Assembly: GCA_046597055.1 (NCBI GenBank)
Contig: JBKJLC010000100.1
Span: 1 to 39,293 of the forward strand
DNA: 39,293 nucleotides
DNA from: Kofleriaceae bacterium
Lineage (GTDB): Bacteria > Myxococcota_A > Polyangia > Haliangiales > Haliangiaceae
Direction: 5' to 3'
Shown: positions 1 through 10,505 of the stretch, one piece after another
How the letters are laid out: the number at the start of each line of letters is the position of its first letter
Position numbering within the stretch: the stretch's first letter is position 1
Translations under genes and position numbers: made by a program
Notes under the pieces: generated by a model
Told to the model about the DNA's origin: nothing
The model's database searches: none
What the model saw: only the letters and a program-made list of their open reading frames with translations

Positions 1-216
1 GAGCCCGTCTTCTACAACCCGCACGGGATCGTGGTGCACGCGGTGCCGCCGCGCCCCTCGCTCGGACTCCTCTCCTGGGACTACCTGCGTGAGCGCAATC
101 GCGATCTGGCGATCACGCCACAGACCGGCCAGTGCGAGTGGGACGGCCTCCCGGTCAACTACGGGTATGTCCTGAGCGACCTCCACTACTTCGCCACCCA
201 CGACACACCCGGATGA
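1..216 (+). CDS. 3' end of a protein of unknown function (truncated by window edge)
   Basis: Frame 1 is open from base 1 (EPVFYNPHGIVVHAVPP...YFATHDTPG*) with GC3-rich codons and stops at TGA 214-216; no family recognised. Confidence 0.6.
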   Translation, partial: EPVFYNPHGIVVHAVPPRPSLGLLSWDYLRERNRDLAITPQTGQCEWDGLPVNYGYVLSDLHYFATHDTPG

Positions 217-362
217 CGCTCCGCACGAGAGATCGACACCATGTCGAGACCGCGTTGACCGCGAGGCCCGGGCCCGCGGTGCAGGCCGCGCGGGTGGAAG
301 CCGTGCTGGGACGATCCAGTACGGCTCGGGGTCGGGTCCGGAAAGGTTCAAGATCAGGGGTA

Positions 363-546
363 GTCGCCGGCCTGTGGGGGGCTGTGGATTGGCGCGCCCA
401 TCCACGCCGCTCGCCGGATACCCACGACCCGCAGGCGCGGCAATCCAAGCCGCGGTGGGCAGGCGCGCCCATCAGTCTTCCTGGGAGCGGTCCGGGCTTC
501 GAAGGCGCGGCTGTCCACGGCGGCGTCAGAGTCCACAGGCCCCGAC
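363..546. repeat. Nested inverted-repeat element (three-way junction with two matched arms); possible ncRNA or MITE/IS-end remnant
   Basis: Outer stem GGCCTGTGG 369-377 / CCACAGGCC 533-541; arm A 381-398/434-450; arm B 449-469/504-524; direct repeats GGCGCGCCCATC at 391 and 462 and AGGCGCGGC at 433 and 503. Confidence 0.65.
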
Positions 547-608
547 GTGACGGCCAAGCGCTCAAGTCTTGCCGCCACGACCCTGCCGCGACGGCGCGCC
601 GACCGCGC

Positions 609-930
609 TCAGGGCGCGGCGCTGGGCGGCTTGCGCGCGACCACCATCACCGGGCAGTGCGCAGTGCGCACGACTGTCGGCCGTGGACCCGACGATCGCG
701 CGCGTCCACCCGCCGCGGCCGTGGCTGCCGACGATGATCAGGTCGACCGCCCGCTCGCTCGCGACCCCGCCACGATCTCGGCGGCGGCCGCAGCCTCGAT
801 CCAGAGGGTCTCGACGTCGACCGCGCCGAGGTTGGCCGCGGTGAGGCGCTCGCCCTCGGGCGCGTCCTGGAACCTGCGTGACCAGGTCCGACATCGCCTC
901 GCGGTCAAAGGCGCCGCTCGGGCTTGATCA
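609..930 (-). pseudogene. Universal stress protein (USP) remnant with frameshifts
   Basis: Pieces in different frames read ..VDVETLWIEAAAAAEIV / VASERAVDLIIVGSHGRGGWTRAIVGSTAD / VVRTAHCPVMVVARKPPSAAP*; GSHGRG..GS and CPVMVV are USP signatures; 5' boundary approximate. Confidence 0.7.
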
Positions 931-977
931 ACCCCTCTCGGCGGCGAGCCCGCGGTCGAAGGTCGGTAGGAGCGTGC

Positions 978-2158
<1,181 letters not shown>

Positions 2159-2162
<4 letters not shown>

Positions 2163-3355
2163 GGCTGGCGTTCCTCGACGTGCCAGGGCAGGCCGCGGGC
2201 GGCGACGTCGGCGAGGAACGGATCGGGATCGAGCTCCTCCATGTTGAAGACGCCCGGCTGCTTCCACTTGCCGGTGACCATCATCACCGCGCCCGACACC
2301 GCCGGGACACCGGTGGTGTACGAGACCGCCTGGGCCCGGACCTCGCGGTACGTCTCGGCGTGGTCGCACACGTTGTAGATGAAGACCTTGCGCGGCTTGC
2401 CGTCCTTCACGCCCTCGACCAGGCAGCCGATCGAGGTCTTGCCCGAGTAGCCGGGGGCCAGCGACGCCGGGTCGGGCAAGAGCGCCTTCAGCAGCTTGAT
2501 CGGCACCACCGGGACCTTGCCCTCGTACAGCACCGGATCGATGCGGGTCATGCCGACGTTGCCGAGCACCTCGAGGTGCTTGAGGTAAGGCTCGCCGAAG
2601 GTCATCCAGAACCGGATGCGCTCGAGGCCGCGGATGTTCTGGGCCAGCGACTCGAGCTCCTCGTGATAGAGGAGGAAGCTCTTGCGCTCGCCGACGCCGG
2701 GGTAGTCGAAGGTCGCCGCCACGCTCAGCGGATCGGTCTCCTTCCACTCGCCGCGCTCCCAGTAGCGACCGCGGGCGGTGATCTCCCGGATGTTGATCTC
2801 CGGGTTGAAGTTGGTGGCGAACGCCTTGCCGTGACTGCCGCCGTTGCAGTCGAGGATGTCGATGTACTTGATCGAGTCGAACAGGTGCTTCTGCGCGTGG
2901 GCGCAGTACATGTTGGTGACGCCGGGGTCGAAGCCCGAGCCGAGCACCGCCATCAGGCCCGCGTCGTAGAAGCGGTCGCGGTAGGCCCACTGCCACTTGT
3001 ATTCGAACTTGGCGACGTCGGGCGGCTCGTAGTTCGCGGTGTCGAGGTAGTTCACGCCGGCCGCGAGGCAGGCGTCCATGATCGCGAGGTCCTGGTAGGG
3101 CAGCGCGACGTTGATGACCACGTCGGGCCGCTCGGCCTCGAGCAGCCGGGTGGTGGCCGCGACGTCGTCGGCGTCGAGCTGGGCGACGCGGATCTGGCGC
3201 CCCTGCACCGCGCGGATCTCGGTCTGGAGCTTCTCGCAGCGCGACAGCGTGCGGCTGGCGAGCAAGACATCGTCGAAGACGTCGCGTGCTAGCGCACACT
3301 TGTGGGCGACGACACCGCCGACACCGCCGGCGCCGATGATGAGGACCTTGGCCAT
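2159..3355 (-). CDS. Carboxynorspermidine/carboxyspermidine dehydrogenase (saccharopine dehydrogenase family)
   Basis: Rossmann VLIIGAGGVG, NVALPYQDL, YLDTANYE, GSGFDPGVT, DCNGG, FATNFNPEINIRE, HEELESL, AVSYTTGVP; coupled to nspC. Confidence 0.92.
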
Positions 3356-3395
3356 GAGCATCCTGTATCACGCGCCATGCGGGCCGGGCGAGCGG

Positions 3396-5237
3396 CTACC
3401 GCATCGGCGTGATGGTCACCGTGCGCGCGCCGGTCCAGTCGAACGTGACGACGTAGCGAGCGCCGCTCTTGCCGGTGGCATGGAACGTCGCCGGTGGCGG
3501 CGTGGCCAGCCCGCTGGTGGAGCCCACGCTCTCGATCAGCGGGTTCTTGGCGATCGTCTCGGCGGGCGACCCCATCAGCCCCACCGGCGTCGCCGGGACC
3601 GCGGCCCCGGCCAGGTCGACCAGCATCGGATCCAGCGCCAGGTCGAGGCGCGCCGGATCGAGGTTCGCCAGATCGTCGCCGAGCGCGTAGGGCGCGCCGG
3701 CGAGGGCCGCCGACGCCGCCGAGACCCGGGCCTCGTCCGCCGAGAGGGGGACCCGGACCTGCGCCTGGTCGGCATCGGGCCACACCAGCGGGAACAGGTG
3801 GGCGCGCGCGCCCAGGCTGCGCGCCGCGCTCGCGACGAAGGTGAAGTTCATCGGGTAGCCGTCGAAGATGGTGTCGGCGCCGACCCGCAGCGAGTCGACC
3901 AGCCCGAGCATCGGCATGATCGGTGCGCCGCAGCCATTGAGGATCGCGTCGGGGCCCGCCGCGGCGCGCACCAGCGCGAGCCCGGCCCGGAGCGCCTCGA
4001 CGCCGGTGACCGGCTGCGAGCGGCGGCCGGCGATCGCCCCAGCGTAGAGGAAGTCGAGCTTGAAAAAGGTGAAGCCGCCGGCGGCGAGTCGGCGCACCTC
4101 GTCGGTCACGAGCGCCATGGCCTCCGGGTTGGTGCCATCGAGCACGTGGAAGGCGCGCGGGTTGCCGGTGATGGTGTGCACCAGCGGCCTGCCATCGGGC
4201 CCTTGCACGAACCAGGACGGCGGGGAGCCCGCCGCCTGCGAGGTCACGTCGACCAGGAACGGCGCGAACCACACGCCCGCGACCAGGCCACGCCCGGTGA
4301 TCTCGGCGGCCAGCGCCGGGAGTCCGCCGGGAAACTTCGCGTTGTCCTGCCAGTCACCCCAGCCAACCTGCCAGCCGTCGTCGAGCTCGACCAGCGGCAA
4401 TCCGGCCGGCAACAGCCGGGCCTGCATGATGGGTAGCTGGGCGCGGATCGCGGCCGCGTCGACCCGGTCGAAGAAGTAGTTCCACGAGAACCACCCCCCC
4501 GGCGGCCGCCTGGGTGTGAAGCCGCGCGGCGCGTGGGTCGCCTGCAGCTCGGTGGTGAGCCGCGCGAGGCCCTCCTCGGGCGTCGCGGCGGTGACCAGGT
4601 AGATCGGCTCGCTGGCGACCTCGCCGCCCTGCACCGGCAGCGCTTCCCGCCCCGGCCCGTACACGATGGAGAGGCGGGTCTCACCGGCGTTGCGGGTCGC
4701 GGCGAGGCCGGTGACCGCGTGCTCCGACGCCAGCGCGCCGACCACGAGGACCGGGCCGCTGTCGCCCTTGCGCAGCACGATCGAATGGAACGAGACGCCG
4801 GCGATCTCGTCGACCGGATCGCCGGTGCGCGCCGCGGTCATGGCGGCGACGCCATCGGGGTCGAGCGGCACCGCGCCCGGGATCCAGACCGTCCCCGAGA
4901 AGCCCCACGACTGGTAGCCCTGCTGCAGCATGACGTCAACGTCGAGCCCGGGCAGCGTCAGCTCGAGGCCCTCGGCAGGCGCCGTGCCCTGCAGCGTCAC
5001 GCGGAGCCCGCCGTGCGCGGCGTCCTCGACGAGGAGCCCGGGCGCCTCGGCCTCGCCCCGCCACACCCCGGCGACCCGTTGGCGCAGGGTGGCGTCGCGC
5101 ACGCACAGGCCATCGAGGGCGAGCGTGAACGCGCCTGGTGCGCCCGCGCCGGTGGCGCACGGCGGGGCCTCGTCGCCACATCCACCGAGCGAGAGGACGG
5201 CCATCGCCGCCACGACCATTCCGGACCGCTGTTGCAC
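3396..5237 (-). CDS. Glycoside hydrolase family 36-like (alpha-galactosidase) lipoprotein
   Basis: GWFSWNYF, ELDDGWQ..GDW, KFPGGL, GVWFAPF, FKLDFLY, NGCGAP, LRVGAD; N-terminal lipobox-like LGGC. Confidence 0.8.
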   Translation of the reverse strand: MQQRSGMVVAAMAVLSLGGCGDEAPPCATGAGAPGAFTLALDGLCVRDATLRQRVAGVWRGEAEAPGLLVEDAAHGGLRVTLQGTAPAEGLELTLPGLDVDVMLQQGYQSWGFSGTVWIPGAVPLDPDGVAAMTAARTGDPVDEIAGVSFHSIVLRKGDSGPVLVVGALASEHAVTGLAATRNAGETRLSIVYGPGREALPVQGGEVASEPIYLVTAATPEEGLARLTTELQATHAPRGFTPRRPPGGWFSWNYFFDRVDAAAIRAQLPIMQARLLPAGLPLVELDDGWQVGWGDWQDNAKFPGGLPALAAEITGRGLVAGVWFAPFLVDVTSQAAGSPPSWFVQGPDGRPLVHTITGNPRAFHVLDGTNPEAMALVTDEVRRLAAGGFTFFKLDFLYAGAIAGRRSQPVTGVEALRAGLALVRAAAGPDAILNGCGAPIMPMLGLVDSLRVGADTIFDGYPMNFTFVASAARSLGARAHLFPLVWPDADQAQVRVPLSADEARVSAASAALAGAPYALGDDLANLDPARLDLALDPMLVDLAGAAVPATPVGLMGSPAETIAKNPLIESVGSTSGLATPPPATFHATGKSGARYVVTFDWTGARTVTITPMR

Positions 5238-5312
5238 GCGCGGACGCTAACACGGGCGAGCGGGGCCGGGTCGCGCCGGCGCCGGGCGGGCGTCCCGCGA
5301 TGCGCGCCGTGG

Positions 5313-6308
5313 TCAGCCCGCGCTGTCGTCGACCGGCTGGGCCACGGTGCTCGCGGCCAGCGCGCGGCGGAGGCGGCGGCGGAGCTTGCGCGGGCCGACC
5401 GCGAACAGCTCCTTGCTGCCCTTGCGGGCCTGGTCGCGCTGCTCGATCAGCTCGTCGTGGACCTGGGTGAGCAGCATGGCGGCCGCCAGCGGGTCGCCGG
5501 CGTGACCGTAGAGACCGACGTAGTCCTTGAGGAGGAGCCGGTCGACCACGCCGCTGAGCTGGTCGTCGAGCCCCGACAGCTGCTGGCGCAGCGCGGCCGC
5601 GGCGGGGATGTCGGCGAGGATGGACAGCTGGTAGCTGAGCTCCTTGCTGCGGCGCCGCCAGCGGTGAACCGCGCGCTCGGAGTGTCGGGCCTTCCGGCGG
5701 GAGCGGCGGGCGTCGGCGTAGGTGTTGGAGAGACCCCGGACCAGGGTCCTGGCGCTGACCTCGTCGGGGAGGGCAGCGGCGATCGCGTCGGCCTGGGTGA
5801 GCGCGACCTCGACCGCACGGATGACGTCGTCGGCGACCGCGTCGACCGCGGGCGCCTCGGCCTGCGCCGACTTGACGATCGCGGTCGCGACCGGCGCCAG
5901 CGTGGTGTCCTTGGTGAGGTCGATCAGCGCGGTGCTGGCGACGGTGAGATCGCGGGACTGGCCCAGGGTCCGGCGGGCGTCGCGCAGCGCACGGATGATG
6001 TCGCGGCGCTCGGAGCGCGGCAGCGCGTCGCCGATCAGGTCGACCAGCGCGCGGGTCCGGCGGATCGCCTTGCGGACCTCGTGGACCGCGGTCGACGGGT
6101 CGGTGGCGGCGCGGGCCCGGGCGGCGCGGGCCGGCTCGACCGCCTCGCGGACCGCGGCCAGCACGTGGGCGCGGATCTGGGTGCCATCGCCATACGAGGT
6201 GGCGCCGGGCGCGGCCACTGCCAGCGGGCCCAGCTTGTCGTGCTCGGGGTACGGTTCGGTGGGGCGCGGCTTCGAGGGGACCAGCGTGGGGGGCGTCGGC
6301 GGGCTCAT
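5313..6308 (-). CDS. CHAD domain protein (polyphosphate-binding)
   Basis: AVHEVRKAIRRTRA, LGQSRDL, VHRWRRRSKELSY, LSGVVD motifs of CHAD; divergent from PPK2. Confidence 0.8.
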   Translation of the reverse strand: MSPPTPPTLVPSKPRPTEPYPEHDKLGPLAVAAPGATSYGDGTQIRAHVLAAVREAVEPARAARARAATDPSTAVHEVRKAIRRTRALVDLIGDALPRSERRDIIRALRDARRTLGQSRDLTVASTALIDLTKDTTLAPVATAIVKSAQAEAPAVDAVADDVIRAVEVALTQADAIAAALPDEVSARTLVRGLSNTYADARRSRRKARHSERAVHRWRRRSKELSYQLSILADIPAAAALRQQLSGLDDQLSGVVDRLLLKDYVGLYGHAGDPLAAAMLLTQVHDELIEQRDQARKGSKELFAVGPRKLRRRLRRALAASTVAQPVDDSAG

Positions 6309-6426
6309 GACCCTCAAGACTAGCAAGGTGGGCCAGCTTGCCCATCGCGCCACCTGGCATTCAAACAACTGCGACCAACTTGTCACAAACGGCCTCGTCC
6401 GCGTGGCCCGGAGTATCGTCGGGGTG

Positions 6427-7314
6427 ATGCACCCGATCCTGTTCGAACCGATCGCGAGCCCTCATCTGGTCCCGTTCGATGGCAGCTTCCGCGTGAAGCA
6501 CGCGTCGACCGCGCCACCCGCCGATGCGCCCGGCAAGAAGGACAACCAGAAGGCGCTCGAGGAGGCCAACGAGCGGATCGTGAAGGCGCAGGCCAAGCTG
6601 TACGCCGACAATCGCTACGCGATCCTGGTCGTCTTCCAGGCGCTCGATGCCGCTGGCAAGGACGGCACCCTGCGCGCGGTCCTGAGCGGCGTGAACCCGG
6701 CCGGCTGCCACATCACGGCGTTCAAGGCGCCCAGCTCCCTCGAGCTCGAGCACGACTTCTTGTGGCGGTGCCTGCCGCACCTGCCGGCCCGCGGCGTGAT
6801 CGGCGTGTGGAACCGCAGCCACTACGAGGAGGTCCTGGTGGTCCGGGCCAATCCGCAGTTCCTCGAGAAGCAGCACCTGCCGCGCGGCACCGACAACCTG
6901 CCGCAGATGTGGGAGGAGCGGTATCAGTCGATCCATGATCACGAGCGGCACTGGGCCCGGAATGGCACGGTCGTCCTCAAGTTCTGGCTCAACGTCAGCC
7001 AGGAGGAGCAGCGCCAGCGCCTGCTCGATCGGATCGACGAGCCGGAGTCGAACTGGAAGTTCAACCCCGACGATCTGGTCCAGCGCGCGAAGTGGGACGA
7101 GTACATGACCGGCTACGAGGACGCGCTCAACGCGACCTCGCGGCCGTTCGCGCCCTGGTACGCGATCCCGGCCGACTCGAAGTCGTACATGCGTCGGGCG
7201 GTCGCCGAGGTCATCGCCGACACGCTCGAGAGCCTGCCGCTGCGCTGGCCCGAGCTGTCGTCCGAAGAGAAAGCCGAGCTGCAACAGTACCGGACCCAGC
7301 TCGGCGGGAAGTGA
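6427..7314 (+). CDS. ppk2: Polyphosphate kinase 2 family protein (class III-like)
   Basis: VFQALDAAGKDG Walker A, GVNP, FKAPS..ELEHDFLWR, NRSHYEEVLVVR, KFWLNVS.EEQ, NWKF, APWYAIPAD. Confidence 0.92.
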   Translation: MHPILFEPIASPHLVPFDGSFRVKHASTAPPADAPGKKDNQKALEEANERIVKAQAKLYADNRYAILVVFQALDAAGKDGTLRAVLSGVNPAGCHITAFKAPSSLELEHDFLWRCLPHLPARGVIGVWNRSHYEEVLVVRANPQFLEKQHLPRGTDNLPQMWEERYQSIHDHERHWARNGTVVLKFWLNVSQEEQRQRLLDRIDEPESNWKFNPDDLVQRAKWDEYMTGYEDALNATSRPFAPWYAIPADSKSYMRRAVAEVIADTLESLPLRWPELSSEEKAELQQYRTQLGGK

Positions 7315-7387
7315 AGCTGCGCCACACCCGTGTGCGCGCGATCCCGTACAGGGCCCGACCTGTCGAAGGTCGAGCAGCTGCCGTGGA

Positions 7388-8713
7388 TCATCGCGGCCCG
7401 GTAGCCGGGCCGTGCGCGCCGACCTCGACCGCGGCGCGGCGGTTGGCCTCGCCGCTGCGGATGAGCGCGATGCGGAGCACGATGGGCGCGATCATCTCGT
7501 TGGTCGCGACCACACCGACCACCAACGCATAGGCGGCGTCGCCAAAGGCCGGAAAGGTGCGGCGGACCAGCTCGGCCAGGGCCAGGGCCAGGCCCGCCTG
7601 CGGCACCAGCCCGAGCCACGCCATCTTGCGCACGACCGGGTCGACCCCGGGGCCGGTGGTCGCGAGCCGCGAGCCGAGGAAGAAGCTGGTGGCGCGGACC
7701 ACCACGATGATCGCGACCGGCACCGCGAGCGTGAGCAGGGTGCCCAGGTCGAGCTTGGCGCCGGCCAGCGCGAAGAAGACCAGGTACACCGGCAGCGACG
7801 CCGACTCGAAGCTGTGCAGCAGCGTCCTGGCATCGGCGCGCGAGGCGTTCTCGAGGAAGATGCCGGCGGCCAGCGCGATGATCAGCGGATCGAGCTGCAC
7901 CGCGTGGCCGATCTCGGCCACCACGACGCACACCATGATCGCGAACAGCCCGATCCCGCGCCGCACCCGGATCAGGAACTGGCCGAGGATGAAGCCGATG
8001 AACACGCCGACCCCGATCGAGCCGAGCACCTCCCAGGCGATGCCGCCGACGGTGACGACCAGGTCGACGTTGCCGCCGATCATCGCGGTCGCGGCCGACG
8101 ACGCGACGCCGTACGAGATGATCACCGCGAGGTCGGCGACCACCACCAGGGTGAGGATGGTCCGGGTGAGGACGCCCTCGGAGCGGAGCTCGCCGATCAT
8201 CGCCATCACCACCGCCGGCGACTGCGCCGACAGCGCGACCCCGATCGACGCGGCCACCGCGGCGGCGTGCTCGATCGGCAGCGCGCCCAGGAACGGGATC
8301 ATCGGGCGCATCGCGAGCAGCGTGAACGTGAGCACGACCATCGTGCCCATCACCGCGAAGATCGAGATCCGGCGCACCACCCGGAACAGCGGGCGCACCG
8401 CCCGCAGGTTGAGCTCGGCGCCGGCCTGCAGCGCGATGATCGCGGTGGCGACGCCGCCGACCAGCTTGAGCCGGTCGGTCATGGCCTGCTCGACCAGGCC
8501 GAGCACGCGCGGGCCGACCACGATCCCGGCCACGATGTAGCCGGTCAGCCGGGGCAGGCCGAGCCGGTTGAAGACCTTGCCGCTGAAGTACGCGGCGAGC
8601 AGCAGGAAGCCGAACGCCAGCGAGGTCCCGCCGGGCTGACCCGGGCCCAGCGCGAAGCTGCGGGCGGCGTGCATGAGCCCGGCCAGCGCGAGCAGCGCGA
8701 ACAGCGGGATCAT
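7388..8713 (-). CDS. Cation:proton antiporter (Na+/H+ exchanger family)
   Basis: LGLPRLTGYIVAGIVVGP, AQSPAVV, LFFALAGA-like, GLVPQAGLALALA; many TM helices; ATGA overlap with upstream gene. Confidence 0.85.
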   Translation of the reverse strand: MIPLFALLALAGLMHAARSFALGPGQPGGTSLAFGFLLLAAYFSGKVFNRLGLPRLTGYIVAGIVVGPRVLGLVEQAMTDRLKLVGGVATAIIALQAGAELNLRAVRPLFRVVRRISIFAVMGTMVVLTFTLLAMRPMIPFLGALPIEHAAAVAASIGVALSAQSPAVVMAMIGELRSEGVLTRTILTLVVVADLAVIISYGVASSAATAMIGGNVDLVVTVGGIAWEVLGSIGVGVFIGFILGQFLIRVRRGIGLFAIMVCVVVAEIGHAVQLDPLIIALAAGIFLENASRADARTLLHSFESASLPVYLVFFALAGAKLDLGTLLTLAVPVAIIVVVRATSFFLGSRLATTGPGVDPVVRKMAWLGLVPQAGLALALAELVRRTFPAFGDAAYALVVGVVATNEMIAPIVLRIALIRSGEANRRAAVEVGAHGPATGPR

Positions 8714-10440
8714 CGCGGCGGCTCCAGGGTCTGGGGCCGCGGTCGCAGCGGCACGTCCTCGCTGTCGTCGTCGTCGCTCGCGTAGATCGGGTCGGCCGGG
8801 CCGTCCAGGTCGTCGACCGGCCACTCGTCGGTGCTGCGCGGCGGCCGGGGCGGCGGGCGCTCGCTGGCCGGGGTGGTGAGGTGGACCGCGACCTCGGTGA
8901 GGATCGCGCCGCCGATCACGACCGTGATGATCCAGTCCGACAGGAGGCCGCCGGCGCTGCCGTGCAGCGACAGGACCAGCGCGATCGACAGCGGCGACAG
9001 CGCCGAGACCAGGACCCGATCGGCGGTGAAGCTGGGCGGCATCAGCGGGCCGACCGTGGAGCGCCCGGCGAACACGCCGAGCCACTTGCCGGCGATGCGG
9101 GCGAACACGAACGCGGGGACCAGCAGCCACGGCTGCAGCGCGGTGACGTTCCAGCTGGCGCCGGCGACGATCAGGAACAGCAGGTGGATCGGCCGCTCGA
9201 GGTGGTTGAGGATGCGGAAGATGTCGTCGCGCTGCTCGCACGGCAGGTTATTGACCAGCGCGCCGGCGATGAAGCACACGACGATCGGCGACAGCGCCAG
9301 GTAGCCGGCCAGCCCGGCGCCGAACGCGACCGAGCCGAGCACGACCGCGAGGAACTCCCCGCTCGACTCGGGCACCCGGACCATCGCGAAGATGAGGACG
9401 CCGAGGACCACGCCGAGGCCGATCGTCACGAACACCCAGGCGGTGCCCGGGATCTGCCAGCCGACCACGTCGGCGGGGCGGAAGTAGGCGGCGACGAACA
9501 GCAGGCCGATCACGCCGACGATCTCGTCGAGCTGGCCGATCAGCAGGTCGACGCTGCGGCCCTCGCGCCAGCTCCGGTTGGCGAACCCGCGGAAGCGCCG
9601 AGGTGCGGTCATCGCGGCGGCCGCGCCGAGCAAGATCAGATCGCGCCAGAACACCGGATCGCGCGGGTGGGCGATGCCGAGCGCGAACGCCAGCCCGCCG
9701 CACACGGTCGCGGTCGCCGCGAACGGGACCAGCGCCTCGACCACGATGAGATAGCCGGTGCCGCGCGGCACCCGATCGAGGAGGCGGATGTCGAGCTGGG
9801 CCCCGATGATGAAGCCGAGCCAGCCCAGGCCGAAGTGCAAGATCGGTCGGATGCGCTCGAGGACGTCGCCGGTGAGCAGCCCGATCTCGGGCTGGCGCGC
9901 GATCACGCCGAGCGCGACGAACGGGAAGCCGGCCGCGATGATCCCGCTGATGCCGAGCCGGCGCTCGAGGGCGACCACGCGGCGGTGCGCGCCGATGTAC
10001 GCGACCGCGAACAGCAGGCTCAGGCCGAGGACGAGCTTGATGACGACGACCGTGCGGTTGCCCTCGCCGGGCCGGTCGAGCTCGCGGGCTTCCCTGGGCG
10101 GCGCCGGCGCCGGGGCGACCACGACCGGCGGCGGTGCGACCGGGACGATCACGCACGGCGGCACGACCGGTCCGCACGCGGCCGGCGCCACCGGTGCGGT
10201 CGGCGGTGGGCCGATGGGCGAGGGCGCCGGCTGCGGACCGATGAACGCCGGTGCGGCCGGCTGCGGGCCGATGAACGCGGGTGCCGCCGGCGTCGCCGCC
10301 GCCGGCGCGACGGGCGCGGGGACCGTGCCGCCGTCGGCCGACGCGGCCGGGGGCTCCGGCAGCGGCTGGGCCGCCACCGCCACCGGCACGGCGGCGATCG
10401 CCAGGATCGCTGCCACGGTGAGGCGGATCCACGTACGCAT
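8710..10440 (-). CDS. Cation:proton antiporter-like membrane protein with signal peptide and Pro/Ala-rich N-terminal extension
   Basis: GLGWLGFIIGAQLD, LSPIVVCFIAG, ERPIHLLFLIVAGA, FARIAGK; N-terminal signal (…AVAAQ) and ~95 aa Pro-rich linker. Confidence 0.75.
   Translation of the reverse strand: MRTWIRLTVAAILAIAAVPVAVAAQPLPEPPAASADGGTVPAPVAPAAATPAAPAFIGPQPAAPAFIGPQPAPSPIGPPPTAPVAPAACGPVVPPCVIVPVAPPPVVVAPAPAPPREARELDRPGEGNRTVVVIKLVLGLSLLFAVAYIGAHRRVVALERRLGISGIIAAGFPFVALGVIARQPEIGLLTGDVLERIRPILHFGLGWLGFIIGAQLDIRLLDRVPRGTGYLIVVEALVPFAATATVCGGLAFALGIAHPRDPVFWRDLILLGAAAAMTAPRRFRGFANRSWREGRSVDLLIGQLDEIVGVIGLLFVAAYFRPADVVGWQIPGTAWVFVTIGLGVVLGVLIFAMVRVPESSGEFLAVVLGSVAFGAGLAGYLALSPIVVCFIAGALVNNLPCEQRDDIFRILNHLERPIHLLFLIVAGASWNVTALQPWLLVPAFVFARIAGKWLGVFAGRSTVGPLMPPSFTADRVLVSALSPLSIALVLSLHGSAGGLLSDWIITVVIGGAILTEVAVHLTTPASERPPPRPPRSTDEWPVDDLDGPADPIYASDDDDSEDVPLRPRPQTLEPPR
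10226..10285 (-). repeat. 30-bp tandem duplication encoding APAFIGPQPA x2
   Basis: GCCGGCTGCGG(A/G)CCGATGAACGC(C/G)GGTGC(G/C) at 10226 and 10256. Confidence 0.8.
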
Positions 10441-10505
10441 GGTGGGGTCTGGCAGACTACCGCGATGGCGGCGACCGCGTGGTCACGCCCGGGGCGAAAC
10501 GGCCG

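Noticed and set aside
391..511. CRISPR mini-array (repeat + ~30-nt spacer, twice)
   Set aside because: Only two units, the segments between inserts are not identical repeats, the whole is a nested inverted structure and no cas genes are present; reported as a structured element instead
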